Below, one piece after another: positions 42,948-54,671 of a stretch of DNA of 64,000 nt; position 1 is the stretch's first letter; each line of letters starts with the position of its first letter. The stretch lies in assembly GCA_965224025.1 (NCBI GenBank), contig OZ245033.1, positions 3,200,001-3,264,000 of the forward strand, read 5' to 3'. Source of the DNA: Candidatus Multivorans sp. (GTDB lineage Bacteria; Acidobacteriota; Thermoanaerobaculia; Multivoradales; Multivoraceae). A model generated the notes under the pieces. The model was not told the origin of the DNA. It worked only from the letters and a program-made list of their open reading frames with translations, and searched no databases. A program made the position numbers and the translations under genes.

Positions 42948-44048
42948 ATGCGCGTCGGCTTCGATGTCGCCAAGGTCTTCGGACCGCGCGACGGCATTGC
43001 CAGCTACACCGCCAGCCTGCTGGACGTGCTGGCGGCTCGGGCGGAGAGCGGCGGCGAGTTCTCGCTGCATCTCTACGCGGGAGACGCCGATGTCGAGCCG
43101 GAGGACTGGGAGCGGGCTCTGGGCCATCTGCCGGGGAGCGCGGTCCGGCATCCGGGTCGTCACCCGGACCGGGACGATCTCGACCTGTTCCACACGACCT
43201 CGTTCACGGACACGGGCTTCTTCGACGGGCCGGTTCTGTTCACCGTCCACGATCTGACCTTCCTTACCCACCCTGAGTGCCACCAGTCGGTCAACCGGGC
43301 CCACTGCCTCCGATCGACGCTGCGCGCGGTGTGGCAGGACGCGACCCTGGCGGTCGATTCACGGGCGACGGCGGACGAGGTGCGGCGCTGGTTCCATGCG
43401 GCGCCCGAGCGGATCCAGGTCGTCTACCCGGCGGCGTCATCGGCGTTCGCCGCACTCGACGGTGCGCAGCTCGCTGCCGCGAAGCGTCGACTCGCCGATC
43501 GCTTCGGGCTCGACGGACCGTTCGTGCTGTCGGTCGGCACGCTCGAACCGCGCAAGAACATCGCTCGGCTGATCGAAGCGTACTCCGGGCTCGACCCGGC
43601 GCTGCGGAAGGGCACGCCCCTGGTGCTGGTGGGGGACGGCGGTTGGAAGCAGGCGGCGACCTTCGCCGGGAAGTGGCCCGAGTACATGCGGCGTCTCGGC
43701 AAGGTCGACGAGCGGGATCTGGTGGCCCTGTACAACGCCGCGTCGGTGGTGGCCTACCCGTCCCTGGTCGAGGGGTTCGGTCTTCCCGTGGTGGAGGCGA
43801 TGGCGTGCGGCACGCCGGTGCTGACTTCGAACGTGTCCTCGCTGGTGGAGGTCGGCGGCGACGCGGCGGTGTGCGTCGATCCCTTCGACGCGGGGGCGAT
43901 TCGGGGTGGTCTGCAGGCTCTGCTTGGGGATCCGTCCCTGCGCCGGCGGTGTCGCGAAGCCGGCTTCCAGCACGCCGCCGGGTTCTCGTGGCGGAAGGCG
44001 GCGGACCAGGTGATCGGTATCTATCGTGAGCTGGCGGGCGGCGACTAG
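42948..44048 (+). CDS. GT4 glycosyltransferase (MtfB/WbdB-like)
   Basis: TVHDL, VGTLEPRKN, EGFGLPVVEAMACG. Confidence 0.92.
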   Translation: MRVGFDVAKVFGPRDGIASYTASLLDVLAARAESGGEFSLHLYAGDADVEPEDWERALGHLPGSAVRHPGRHPDRDDLDLFHTTSFTDTGFFDGPVLFTVHDLTFLTHPECHQSVNRAHCLRSTLRAVWQDATLAVDSRATADEVRRWFHAAPERIQVVYPAASSAFAALDGAQLAAAKRRLADRFGLDGPFVLSVGTLEPRKNIARLIEAYSGLDPALRKGTPLVLVGDGGWKQAATFAGKWPEYMRRLGKVDERDLVALYNAASVVAYPSLVEGFGLPVVEAMACGTPVLTSNVSSLVEVGGDAAVCVDPFDAGAIRGGLQALLGDPSLRRRCREAGFQHAAGFSWRKAADQVIGIYRELAGGD

Positions 44049-44064
44049 GGTACGCTCCCGGTGC

Positions 44065-44394
44065 ATGCGGCAGGTGACCCGGCTCCTGGACCTGCTCCGG
44101 CCCTTCGTCGTGCTGCTGGGGCGCTTCACGCGATCGGGCGCAGCCAGGCCTTTGCGCAGCCTGTTGCGGCAGGTGATCGGCAGAGATCGCTACGAGCGCC
44201 TTCGGCTTGGCGTCTGGCTCGGGACGAAGCAGGCCGTCCGGGTCGATCCGCTTCACGCCGACATCCTCCCGCTGATCGAGCAGCTTGACAGTGAGGGTCA
44301 CTTGATGGCCGGCGCCGCGAAGCGGCTGCGGGCCGTGGCGCTGGGGATCCGGGCCGAGGCGAGACGGGAAGCGCAGGCTTCGAGGCCGGGCTAG
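44065..44394 (+). CDS. Hypothetical protein (paralog of 42570-42938)
   Basis: DILPLIEQLDSEGHLMAGAAKRLRAVALGIRAEA. Confidence 0.6.
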   Translation: MRQVTRLLDLLRPFVVLLGRFTRSGAARPLRSLLRQVIGRDRYERLRLGVWLGTKQAVRVDPLHADILPLIEQLDSEGHLMAGAAKRLRAVALGIRAEARREAQASRPG

Positions 44395-44396
44395 CA

Positions 44397-45506
44397 GTGA
44401 TGCGCGTCGGTTTCGACGTGAGCAAGATCTTCGGGCCGCGGGACGGCGTGGCCCGGTACTCGGCAAGCCTTCTGCAGGCGCTCGCCGAGGAGGCGGAGGA
44501 GCGCGGCGGCACACCGGCGCTTCATCTCTACTCCCTGGGTGCGGAGGCGGACTCGCGGTCCTGGAGGGGCCTTCTGGACGAGCTGCCGGCGAACGCGCGG
44601 CGGGGACCGGGCCGGTGGCCGCGGCGGCGCGACGTCGACCTGTTCCATATCCCTTCGTTTTCCGATCCGGCCTGCTTCGACGGTCCGGTGGTGTTCACGA
44701 TCCACGACTTGACGTTCCTGACCCACCCCGAGTTCCACGTGCTGGACAACCGCAACCAGTGCCTGCTCGGGACCATGCGCGCGGTGTCGCGGCAGGCCAT
44801 GATTCTGGCGGTCTCGGAGGCCACCGCCGAGGAGGTGCGGAAGTGGTTCGTGCTGCCCGAGGATCGGCTGAAGGTGGTCTACGAAGCGGCATCGCCGGTG
44901 TTCGTTGCGTTCGTCGACGCGGAGTTCGAAGCCGCCCGGAAGCGGTTGGCGGCGCGCTTCGGGCTCGACGGCCCGTTCGTGCTCTCGGTGGGCTCGCTCG
45001 AGCCCCGCAAGAACATCGCCCGCCTCGTAGAGGCTTACGCCGAACTCGATCCGGCGTTGCGGAGCAGCGCTCCGTTGGTGCTGGTCGGCGGCAGCGGTTG
45101 GAAGGAGGACGCCGCGTTCGGCGGCGCCTGGCCGGACTTCGTACGGCGTCTGGGGACCGTCGAGGAGGAGGACCTGGCCGCCCTCTACAACGTTGCTTCG
45201 GTGGTGGCGTATCCGTCCCTGGTCGAGGGGTTCGGGCTGCCCGTGGTGGAGGCGATGGCCTGCGGTACACCGGTGCTGACCTCGAACACGTCGTCTCTCG
45301 TAGAAGTGGGCGGAGACGCCGCGCTCTGCGTCGACCCGCTCGATGTAGGGGCGATTCGCGGCGGCCTGGAGGCGCTGCTCGGCGACCCGGCTTTGCGCTG
45401 CCACTACCGGCGGGCCGGTCTCGCTCGCGCGGCCGGCTTCTCCTGGCGCACGGCCGCCAAGGAAGTGATCGAGATCTACCGCGGGGTGGTGGGGGCGGGC
45501 CGATGA
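44397..45506 (+). CDS. GT4 glycosyltransferase, close paralog of 42948-44048
   Basis: MRVGFDV.K.FGPRDG, VGSLEPRKN, EGFGLPVVEAMACG. Confidence 0.92.
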   Translation: MMRVGFDVSKIFGPRDGVARYSASLLQALAEEAEERGGTPALHLYSLGAEADSRSWRGLLDELPANARRGPGRWPRRRDVDLFHIPSFSDPACFDGPVVFTIHDLTFLTHPEFHVLDNRNQCLLGTMRAVSRQAMILAVSEATAEEVRKWFVLPEDRLKVVYEAASPVFVAFVDAEFEAARKRLAARFGLDGPFVLSVGSLEPRKNIARLVEAYAELDPALRSSAPLVLVGGSGWKEDAAFGGAWPDFVRRLGTVEEEDLAALYNVASVVAYPSLVEGFGLPVVEAMACGTPVLTSNTSSLVEVGGDAALCVDPLDVGAIRGGLEALLGDPALRCHYRRAGLARAAGFSWRTAAKEVIEIYRGVVGAGR

Positions 45507-46777
45507 GCGGTACGGCAACAGGCCCGCGTTCGATCGGCGTCGTCGCCTACGAGATGGAGGGCGAGTCCACCGGCGTCGGCCGCTACGCCGAGGAGCTTCT
45601 GGCGGCCCTCCGTCGAACACCTCAAGCGGAAGGGTGGCGCCTGCGGCTGTTCTTCAAGGGCGATCCCTTCGAGCACCCGCTGTGGACCGGCGGGGCGGGC
45701 GAGGGTTGCCGCTGCGAACCGGTCTTCGATCGGCGGCCCGGCGCCCATCCGATTCTCTGGGAGCAGTTCCGGTTGCCGAGGCTGCTGCGGCGTGAGCGGC
45801 CGGACGTCGTCTTCTCGCCGGGCTACAGCCTGCCGCGCGCCCTGGATCGGCCATCCCTGGTCACGATCCACGATCTTTCCTTCGAGCACCTGCCGCGGGA
45901 CTTCGGTTTCCGCGAGCTGTGTCGCCGCCGCTACCTTGCCCGCGGCGCGGCACGCGCGGCCACCAGAGTACTGACCGACACCCGGCGCACCGCCGCCGAC
46001 CTGCGGCAGCGGTACGGCCTGCCGGCGGACCGCGTTGCCGCTGTGCCCCTGGGCGTGTCGCCGCGCTTCGCGCGAGCCCGGGAGTCGGCCGGCGCCGGAG
46101 AGCAGGAGCAGGCCCGTGTTCTGGCGGAGCTGGGTGTTCAGCAGCCCTACCTGCTGGTGCTCGGCTCGATCCTCCCGCGCCGGCGGCTGGACCTGGTGCT
46201 GCGTGCTCTGGGTCGCCTGGTGCGCGAGCCGGCGCCGACCCCACTGGGTGCGCCGGCCTTCCGGCCGGCATCTGGCTCGGGACCGGGTCCCGGGTCCCCG
46301 AACCTCGACGAGCTCCGCCTCGTCATCGCGGGCCGGAACCAGTTGCCTCGTCGTGACGACCTCGACCGGCTCATCCAGGGCGGCGACTGGGCGCAACGCG
46401 TCGTCCGCCTCGGCTACGTCGACGACGAGCTGCTGCCGGCGTTGTACGCGCGGGCCCTGGGAACGATCTACGTGTCGGAGTACGAGGGGTACGGGCTGCC
46501 GCCGCTCGAGTCGCTTGCCGCCGGGGCGCCGGTGCTCGTCTCGGACGCGCCGGCCCTGACCGAGTTGTGGCCGGAGTATCCGCTTCGATGCGACCGGCTC
46601 GAGATCGACGCGTTGACCGACGGCCTGCGGCGGCTGGTGCTGGACCGCGAAGCGCGCGGGTCGGCAATGTCGGAGGGGACCGACCGGGTACGATCCCTGA
46701 CCTGGGACCGCGCCGCCGAGTGCTTCGCCGACGAGGTGGAGACGGCTTGGCGAACGGCGCGGGGGAAGGCCCAGTGA
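45503..46777 (+). CDS. GT4 glycosyltransferase
   Basis: TGVGRY, WEQFRLP, TIHDLSF, EGYGLPPLE. Confidence 0.88.
   Translation: MSGTATGPRSIGVVAYEMEGESTGVGRYAEELLAALRRTPQAEGWRLRLFFKGDPFEHPLWTGGAGEGCRCEPVFDRRPGAHPILWEQFRLPRLLRRERPDVVFSPGYSLPRALDRPSLVTIHDLSFEHLPRDFGFRELCRRRYLARGAARAATRVLTDTRRTAADLRQRYGLPADRVAAVPLGVSPRFARARESAGAGEQEQARVLAELGVQQPYLLVLGSILPRRRLDLVLRALGRLVREPAPTPLGAPAFRPASGSGPGPGSPNLDELRLVIAGRNQLPRRDDLDRLIQGGDWAQRVVRLGYVDDELLPALYARALGTIYVSEYEGYGLPPLESLAAGAPVLVSDAPALTELWPEYPLRCDRLEIDALTDGLRRLVLDREARGSAMSEGTDRVRSLTWDRAAECFADEVETAWRTARGKAQ
46244..46272 (+). repeat. REP-like palindrome inside GT4 coding sequence
   Basis: ctgggtgcgccggc-N6-gccggcatc, same arms as reverse complement of 21727-21755. 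Confidence 0.7.
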
Positions 46778-47778
46778 GCGGATCGCAGCAGCCGGCGGTC
46801 AGCGCCCTGGTCGTGAACTACAACGCCGGTGACCGGCTCAGGCGGTGCTTGGAGAGCCTCCAGGCGATCGGCGAGGCATGGCGGCCGGACGGCGCGGCCG
46901 CACCGGATTCGGCCGGGACGGGCGCCGCTGGCGGCAGGCCGGCAGCCGGGAAGTGCCGGCCGGCTCGATTGCCGGCCGGTTTGGAGGCGGTGGTGGTGGA
47001 CAACGCGTCTGTTGACGGTTCGTCGTCGTCGGTCCGCGAGTTCGAGTCGGCCGCGTCCCCGGCCCTGCCGGTTCGACTCATCGAGTCGGATCGCAACCTC
47101 GGCTTCGGCGCCGCGTGCAATCTGGCTGCCGCGAAGTCGGCCGGCCGTCATCTGCTGCTCCTGAACCCGGACGCATGGATCGACGAGGAATCCCTGCGGC
47201 GTCTGGTCGAGGCGCTGGAGTCCGACGATCGGCTCGCGGTCGCCGCACCTTCGCTCCGCTACCCGGACGGCGCCCGCCAGTTCGTCTGGTCGCCGCCCAC
47301 CGGAGTGCCGGGGGAGGCCATTCAGAGATTCCGCAACCGGTTCGAGGGGGCGGGTTGGAACCACCGCGTGCTGCCGCCCGTGCTGAGACTCCTGGTGGGT
47401 CCCGGCTGGTTCACCGCCGCCTGCCTGCTCGTCCGTCGCTCGGCCTTCCAACGGGCCGGCGGTTTCGACGAGGGGTTCTTTCTCTACTTCGAGGACGCGG
47501 ACCTGGGACTCCGACTCCACCGTGCCGGCTTCAGGCAGCGCGAAGTGGCCGGGGCGCGGGCATGGCATCTGCGGGGCGCCGTGACCGGTGCGGATCGCGA
47601 ACGCGGTCTGACGCCGGGGGTGGAGCGCTTCTACCGCGCCTCCCAGTTGCGCTACTACGACCTCCACCGGTCCCGTTGGGAACGGGCGGCTCTGCGCCGG
47701 CGGCTACGCCGCAAGTTCGGTGCGATCGGGGATGAAGCGCACCGGCGAGCCATGCTCCGGTTGCTCGAAGAGGCGTGA
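46774..47778 (+). CDS. GT2 glycosyltransferase (WbbL-like)
   Basis: VVNYN, VVDNASVDGS, NLGFGAACN, LLNPD, FDEGFFLYFEDAD. Confidence 0.9.
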   Translation: MSGSQQPAVSALVVNYNAGDRLRRCLESLQAIGEAWRPDGAAAPDSAGTGAAGGRPAAGKCRPARLPAGLEAVVVDNASVDGSSSSVREFESAASPALPVRLIESDRNLGFGAACNLAAAKSAGRHLLLLNPDAWIDEESLRRLVEALESDDRLAVAAPSLRYPDGARQFVWSPPTGVPGEAIQRFRNRFEGAGWNHRVLPPVLRLLVGPGWFTAACLLVRRSAFQRAGGFDEGFFLYFEDADLGLRLHRAGFRQREVAGARAWHLRGAVTGADRERGLTPGVERFYRASQLRYYDLHRSRWERAALRRRLRRKFGAIGDEAHRRAMLRLLEEA

Positions 47779-47850
47779 CCGGTTGGTAAGGTCCCAAGGC
47801 TTGCGGAGGGAGTGGCCAGTGTCTCGTGTTCGCCCGGGTCTTCACCGCTG

Positions 47851-48645
47851 ATGCGCCAGTACCTCGACCTGCTGCGTGAGGTGCTCGATGAGGGCGTCGT
47901 GCGCGACGACCGCACCGGCACCGGCACCCGCAGCGTGTTCGGCCGGCAGTTGCGTTACGACCTGGCCGACGGATTCCCGGCGCTGACCACGAAGCGCCTG
48001 CACCTGCGCTCGATCATCGTCGAGCTGCTGTGGTTCCTGCGCGGGGAGACGAACGTCGACTTCCTGCACCGGCACGGGGTGACGATCTGGGACGAATGGG
48101 CCGACGAGAAGGGCGACCTGGGCCCCGTCTACGGTTCGCAGTGGCGGTCCTGGGCGACGCCGGACGGGCGGTCGATCGACCAGATAGCAGCCGTCGTCGA
48201 TCGCATACGGAGCGAGCCGAACTCGCGGCGTCTGATCGTCAGCGCGTGGAACGTGGCCGAGGTCGACTCGATGGCTCTGCCGCCCTGCCACACGCTGTTC
48301 CAGTTCTACGTCGCCGGCGGCAGCCTCTCCTGCCAGCTCTACCAGCGCAGCGGCGACCTGTTCCTGGGCGTTCCCTTCAACATCGCCTCCTACGCTTTGC
48401 TGCTGATGATGGTCGCGCAGGTCTGCGGTCTCGCGCCTGGGGAGTTGGTCCATACCTTCGGCGACGCCCACCTGTACGGCAACCATGTGGAGCAGACGTG
48501 GAAGCAGTTGTCGCGGCAGCCGCGTCCGTTGCCCGAGATGCGGCTCAATCCGGACGTCCGCTCCATCTTCGATTTTGGGCCCGACGACTTCCAACTCGTA
48601 GGCTACGACCCCCATCCGGCGATCCGCGCCGCGGTCGCGGTCTGA
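47851..48645 (+). CDS. thyA: Thymidylate synthase
   Basis: DRTGTGT, LGPVYG.QWR, ALPPCH, YQRSGD, GVPFN. Confidence 0.97.
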   Translation: MRQYLDLLREVLDEGVVRDDRTGTGTRSVFGRQLRYDLADGFPALTTKRLHLRSIIVELLWFLRGETNVDFLHRHGVTIWDEWADEKGDLGPVYGSQWRSWATPDGRSIDQIAAVVDRIRSEPNSRRLIVSAWNVAEVDSMALPPCHTLFQFYVAGGSLSCQLYQRSGDLFLGVPFNIASYALLLMMVAQVCGLAPGELVHTFGDAHLYGNHVEQTWKQLSRQPRPLPEMRLNPDVRSIFDFGPDDFQLVGYDPHPAIRAAVAV

Positions 48646-48646
48646 G

Positions 48647-49153
48647 ATGCGGCTCTCGGTGATCCTGGCGGCGGCGACGAACGGCGTCATCGGCCTGGAC
48701 GGCCAGCTTCCCTGGCGGCTTCAGACGGATGTGAGCCGCTTCAAGCGGCTGACGGTGGGCCATCACGTGGTGATGGGTCGGCGGACCTGGGAGGAGATCG
48801 GCTGCCGGCCGCTGCCGGGAAGGGAGTGCATCGTGCTGAGCACCCGGACGGACTTCGAGGCGCCGGGCGCGGCCACATTCCGCTCGCTCGACGACGCGCT
48901 GGGCGCGGCACGCGAGGCGGGCGAGGAGGAGGCGTTCGTGATCGGCGGCGCCGGCCTGTTCCAGGCCGCGTTCCGTTTCGCCGACCGCGTCTACCTGACC
49001 CGCGTCCTGGCGGATGTCGAAGGCGACACGGCGGTCGATCTCGGGCCCCTTCGGGGGTGGCGCGTGGAGTGCTTCGAGGACGTTCCCGCGGGCCCCAACG
49101 ACGACTACGCCACCCGCTTCGAGATCCTGTCGCCGCCCGAAGACCGGGCATGA
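48647..49153 (+). CDS. folA: Dihydrofolate reductase
   Basis: NGVIG..LPW, VMGRRTW, PLPGR, VIGG; follows thyA. Confidence 0.93.
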   Translation: MRLSVILAAATNGVIGLDGQLPWRLQTDVSRFKRLTVGHHVVMGRRTWEEIGCRPLPGRECIVLSTRTDFEAPGAATFRSLDDALGAAREAGEEEAFVIGGAGLFQAAFRFADRVYLTRVLADVEGDTAVDLGPLRGWRVECFEDVPAGPNDDYATRFEILSPPEDRA

Positions 49154-50229
49154 CGGCCGTCAGCGCGGCGAAGAACCGCACGGAGCTGCTGACCGGGTGG
49201 GCGCTCGAGGCCGGTTTCGACCGCGCGGGGGTCGCTTCGCTGGAACCGCGGGCCGGCGCCGGCGCGTCCTTCCTGCGCCGGCTGGAGCGGGGCCTGTTCG
49301 CCTCCATGGCCTGGCTCGGCAGGCGGCCGCGGAGGCGCCTGGCGCCGGCTTCGTTGCTCGACGGAGCGAGGTCGGCGTTGTGCGTGGCGCTTCACTACCA
49401 CCCTCTGGAGGGCGAGCCCGAGCCCGAAGGCGACCTCTGGCCCCGGGTGGCCCGGTACGCGCGCGGCGACGACTACCACCCGGTGATGGAGCGGCGCCTG
49501 CGGGCGCTCGCGGCCCGTATCCGGGAGGCGTTTCCGGGCGCCGGCGCGCGCTTCTACGTCGATACCGGGCCGGTGCTCGAGAGAGAACTGGCGGCGCGGG
49601 CGGGACTTGGCGCCATTGCCAAGAACACCCAGTTGCTCGACCGCACCGGATCGTGGTTCCTGCTCGGCGAGCTGTTCCTGACCCTGGAACTGGCCCCCTC
49701 CGAGCCGCTGGCCGAAGACCTCTGCGGCAACTGCCGGCGCTGTCTTGAGGCCTGTCCGACCGGGGCGCTGCCGGCCCCCTACGTCCTGGACGCCGGCAGG
49801 TGCATCAGCTACTGGACGATCGAACACCGCGGCGAAGTTCCGGACCACGCGCGATCCCTGGTCGGGGACTGGGTCTTCGGGTGCGACGTCTGTCAGGAGG
49901 TCTGTCCCTGGAACGAACACCGCGCCGCGCTGGCTACGCCCGAGCGGAGCCGGGAGTTCTCCTTGCCCGCGCATCGCGCCGAACTCGATCTGACGGCGCT
50001 CCTCGGGGTGTCGGAGGGCGAGTACCGGACGCGTTTCCGCGGCAGCCCGATGAAGCGGGCCGGGCGGTCCGGATTGCGGCGCAACGCCGCCCTGGCGATG
50101 GGGAACCGTGGCGAAGCCGCCTACGTCCCGGCGCTCGAACGGGCGCAGGCAAGCGGCGACCCCGTGGTCCGAAGACACGCGTCCTGGTCCCTGGCGGCGC
50201 TTCGGAACCGGGCCGAACGCGACACTTAA
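49150..50229 (+). CDS. queG: Epoxyqueuosine reductase
   Basis: YARGDDYH, VDTGPVLER, CGNCRRCLEACPT, RCISY, GCDVCQEVCPWN. Confidence 0.93.
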   Translation: MTAVSAAKNRTELLTGWALEAGFDRAGVASLEPRAGAGASFLRRLERGLFASMAWLGRRPRRRLAPASLLDGARSALCVALHYHPLEGEPEPEGDLWPRVARYARGDDYHPVMERRLRALAARIREAFPGAGARFYVDTGPVLERELAARAGLGAIAKNTQLLDRTGSWFLLGELFLTLELAPSEPLAEDLCGNCRRCLEACPTGALPAPYVLDAGRCISYWTIEHRGEVPDHARSLVGDWVFGCDVCQEVCPWNEHRAALATPERSREFSLPAHRAELDLTALLGVSEGEYRTRFRGSPMKRAGRSGLRRNAALAMGNRGEAAYVPALERAQASGDPVVRRHASWSLAALRNRAERDT

Positions 50230-50289
50230 GTGTCGTGGAATGAGTGATTAAGCCATGCGCGACGGCACGTTCTGCAAACCGAGCGGCGG

Positions 50290-50318
50290 TTGACCGCTTC
50301 CGGCCGCGTCCCTATACT
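50290..50318 (+). promoter_or_regulatory. Sigma70 promoter of rpsA
   Basis: TTGACC-17 bp-TATACT. Confidence 0.7.
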
Positions 50319-50456
50319 TGTCGGTCTGACCTTGGCGTCCGTTCGGGCCCCGACGCCTGCTGTTCGCAGTGCGTCACGGGCCCGATTGTCGGTGCGCTCA
50401 CTATCTGGAAACGCCTACCGCACGGTCCACCGACCGCGGCGAGAACACAGGAACCC

Positions 50457-52418
<1,962 letters not shown>

Positions 52419-52447
52419 AAGGGCCGGCTAAGGGGAGAAAGCCGAAA

Positions 52448-52771
52448 ATGAAAGACGCGATCCAGATCTCTGAAGCCATCCGCCAGGGGATGACCAAGGC
52501 TCACCTGGTCGAGGAAGTGGCGCGCGGCACCGACTTGACGAAGAAGGATGCCGAAGTCATCGTGAGCACGGTGCTGGATAGCATCGTCGACTCGCTGAAG
52601 GACGGCGACAAGATCGAACTTCGCGGCTTCGGGAGTTTTCGCATCCGCGAGCGCGGTTCCAGGATCGGTCGCAACCCGAAGACCGGCGCCCGGGTCGATG
52701 TTCCCTCCAAGAAGATTCCGTACTTCAAGCCCGGCAAGGAACTCAAGGAGCGCTTGAACTCTGACGAGTGA
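52448..52771 (+). CDS. ihfB: Integration host factor beta / HU family protein
   Basis: IELRGFGSF, GRNPKTG, FKPGKELKE; follows rpsA. Confidence 0.85.
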   Translation: MKDAIQISEAIRQGMTKAHLVEEVARGTDLTKKDAEVIVSTVLDSIVDSLKDGDKIELRGFGSFRIRERGSRIGRNPKTGARVDVPSKKIPYFKPGKELKERLNSDE

Positions 52772-52825
52772 CCTTGGTAGTGAGACCGAGCCCCACAAGG
52801 CCCGGGTTGAGCCCGCCGCGCCCAG

Positions 52826-53239
52826 ATGACGACGACTTCGCCTCCAGCCGGCCCTCCCGCCGAGCCCAGCGGTGTCGTCCGGCCAGTGCTCGTGGCGGTC
52901 GCGGCCTGGGCGGTGCCCGGCAGCGGCCACCTGATTCTGCGCAAGCCGCGTCGCGCCGCCGTCGTCTTCGGCGTGGTCCTGTTCTCCTTCCTGTTCGGGT
53001 GCTGGCTCCGGGGTCACCTCTACGTCGTCGTGCCGGAGCAGCCGCTCAGCCGGCTGGCCACTCTGAGTTCGATGGGCGCCGGCGCCCCGTACTTCGTGGC
53101 CCGCTACCTGGTGGAGTACAGCGGCGACATCCTGTCTTCGACCTTCGAATACGGCAAGGCGTTCCTGCTGACTGCCGGTCTTCTCAATCTCCTGGCGGTG
53201 TTCGACGCTTGGGACATCGCCAGCGGATCGAAGGACTGA
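52826..53239 (+). CDS. Conserved membrane protein
   Basis: AWAVPGSGH..EYG..LLTAGLLNLL..DAWDIA; three hydrophobic segments. Confidence 0.75.
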   Translation: MTTTSPPAGPPAEPSGVVRPVLVAVAAWAVPGSGHLILRKPRRAAVVFGVVLFSFLFGCWLRGHLYVVVPEQPLSRLATLSSMGAGAPYFVARYLVEYSGDILSSTFEYGKAFLLTAGLLNLLAVFDAWDIASGSKD

Positions 53240-53244
53240 CGGAC

Positions 53245-53442
53245 GTGTTGACCAGCCACTTCGCCTTGATGGTGATCTACGCCGTCCAGGTCAGCCTGTT
53301 CTTCGCCGTGCTGTGGCGGCGCCAGTTCAGGGACAGGGTGCGGCTCTTTGTGCAGATGATGGTCGGCATGATCGGCGGGGGCCTGGTGCTGGCCTGGTTG
53401 ATGTTCCCGTTTCCATGGTCGCCGCCGGCGCCGATTCCCTGA
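53245..53442 (+). CDS. Small two-TM hypothetical protein
   Basis: SHFALMVIYA..LAWLMFPFP; fills the operon gap. Confidence 0.65.
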   Translation: MLTSHFALMVIYAVQVSLFFAVLWRRQFRDRVRLFVQMMVGMIGGGLVLAWLMFPFPWSPPAPIP

Positions 53443-54671
53443 CCGGGAGGCCCGGGACCGAGAGCGGTTCGGCGGTTCTGATCTCCGCCGGCGAGGCCTC
53501 CGGCGACCACCACGCGGCGCGAATGATGGAAGCGGTGCGGCGTCTGGCTGGGAACGAAGGGCCGATTCGCTTCTTCGGACTCGGCGGCGACGCGATGGCT
53601 GCCGCGGGTCTGGATCCGGTCGCGCACAGCGATGAGGTGGCCGTGGTCGGCATCGTCGAGGTTCTGCGGGAACTGCCGCGGATCCGGCAGGTCTTTCGCC
53701 GGCTGCTCAGGGCAGTCGAGAAGCGCGGGCCGGAGCTGGCGGTGCTGGTCGACTTTCCGGACTTCAATCTGCGCTTGGCCCGGCGGCTTCACCGGCGTGG
53801 CGTGCCGGTGCTCTACTACGTGTCGCCGCAGGTGTGGGCGTGGCGCCCGCGCCGGGTAGGAACGATCGCCCGCCTGGTCGACCGCATGCTTGTGCTCTTT
53901 CCATTCGAGGTCGACGTGTACCGGGGGCACGAACTCGCGGTGGAGCACGTCGGCCATCCCCTGGTCGATGAGGTGCCCCAACTCCAGTCGGTGTGGGACC
54001 GGGAGGCGGATCTGCCGGCACGCCCGACGGTGGCGCTGCTGCCGGGCTCGCGCAACAGTGAGGTGCGGCGGATCCTGTCGCCGATGCTGCGGGCCGCGGC
54101 GGCCGTGGCGGGCGGACGAAAACACGGTACGACGGAAGCCGGTTCCGGCAACGACGCCGCGCGCATTCGCCTGATCCTGGCGCCTATGGTGGATACCGAC
54201 CTGGTTGATCGCCTGGTCGCGGCGAGCCCGCTCGCCCGCGAGGACCTGGAGATTGTCCGCTCGGGGCGGTTTGCGGCGGTTGCCGGCTCTCATCTCGCGC
54301 TCTGCGCTTCCGGCACCGCGACCCTGGAGGTGGGGCTGCTGGGCACGCCCATGGTGGTGGTCTACCGCGTGTCGCCGCTGACCGGGCTCGTCGGCCGGTG
54401 GTTGGTCAACCTGCCGTTCGTCAGCCTGGTCAACCTGGTGCTCGGTCGCCGGGTCGTGCCGGAACTGCTCCAGGGTGAGGCTGGTGAGGCGCAAATGGCG
54501 GCGACGGCGCGGAAACTCCTGTCCAAACGGCGCCGGATCGACAACATGCGGGCGGACCTGGCCGAACTCCGGCCGGCGCTCGGCGAGTCCGGCGCCAGCG
54601 AACGGGCCGCCCGGAGCCTCCTGCGGGAACTTTCGATGAGCAGGCGATGCCGGGAAGGAGGCCGGCCCTGA
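53439..54671 (+). CDS. lpxB: Lipid-A-disaccharide synthase (start uncertain)
   Basis: AGEASGD, DFPDFN, VSPQVWAWR, VGHPL, LLPGSR, SGTATLE. Confidence 0.93.
   Translation: MTGRPGTESGSAVLISAGEASGDHHAARMMEAVRRLAGNEGPIRFFGLGGDAMAAAGLDPVAHSDEVAVVGIVEVLRELPRIRQVFRRLLRAVEKRGPELAVLVDFPDFNLRLARRLHRRGVPVLYYVSPQVWAWRPRRVGTIARLVDRMLVLFPFEVDVYRGHELAVEHVGHPLVDEVPQLQSVWDREADLPARPTVALLPGSRNSEVRRILSPMLRAAAAVAGGRKHGTTEAGSGNDAARIRLILAPMVDTDLVDRLVAASPLAREDLEIVRSGRFAAVAGSHLALCASGTATLEVGLLGTPMVVVYRVSPLTGLVGRWLVNLPFVSLVNLVLGRRVVPELLQGEAGEAQMAATARKLLSKRRRIDNMRADLAELRPALGESGASERAARSLLRELSMSRRCREGGRP

Noticed and set aside
47851-50229. thyA-folA-queG next to glycosyltransferases as a DNA/base hypermodification system
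   Set aside because: All have canonical housekeeping motifs (ThyA keeps PFN) and the GTs look like envelope polysaccharide enzymes
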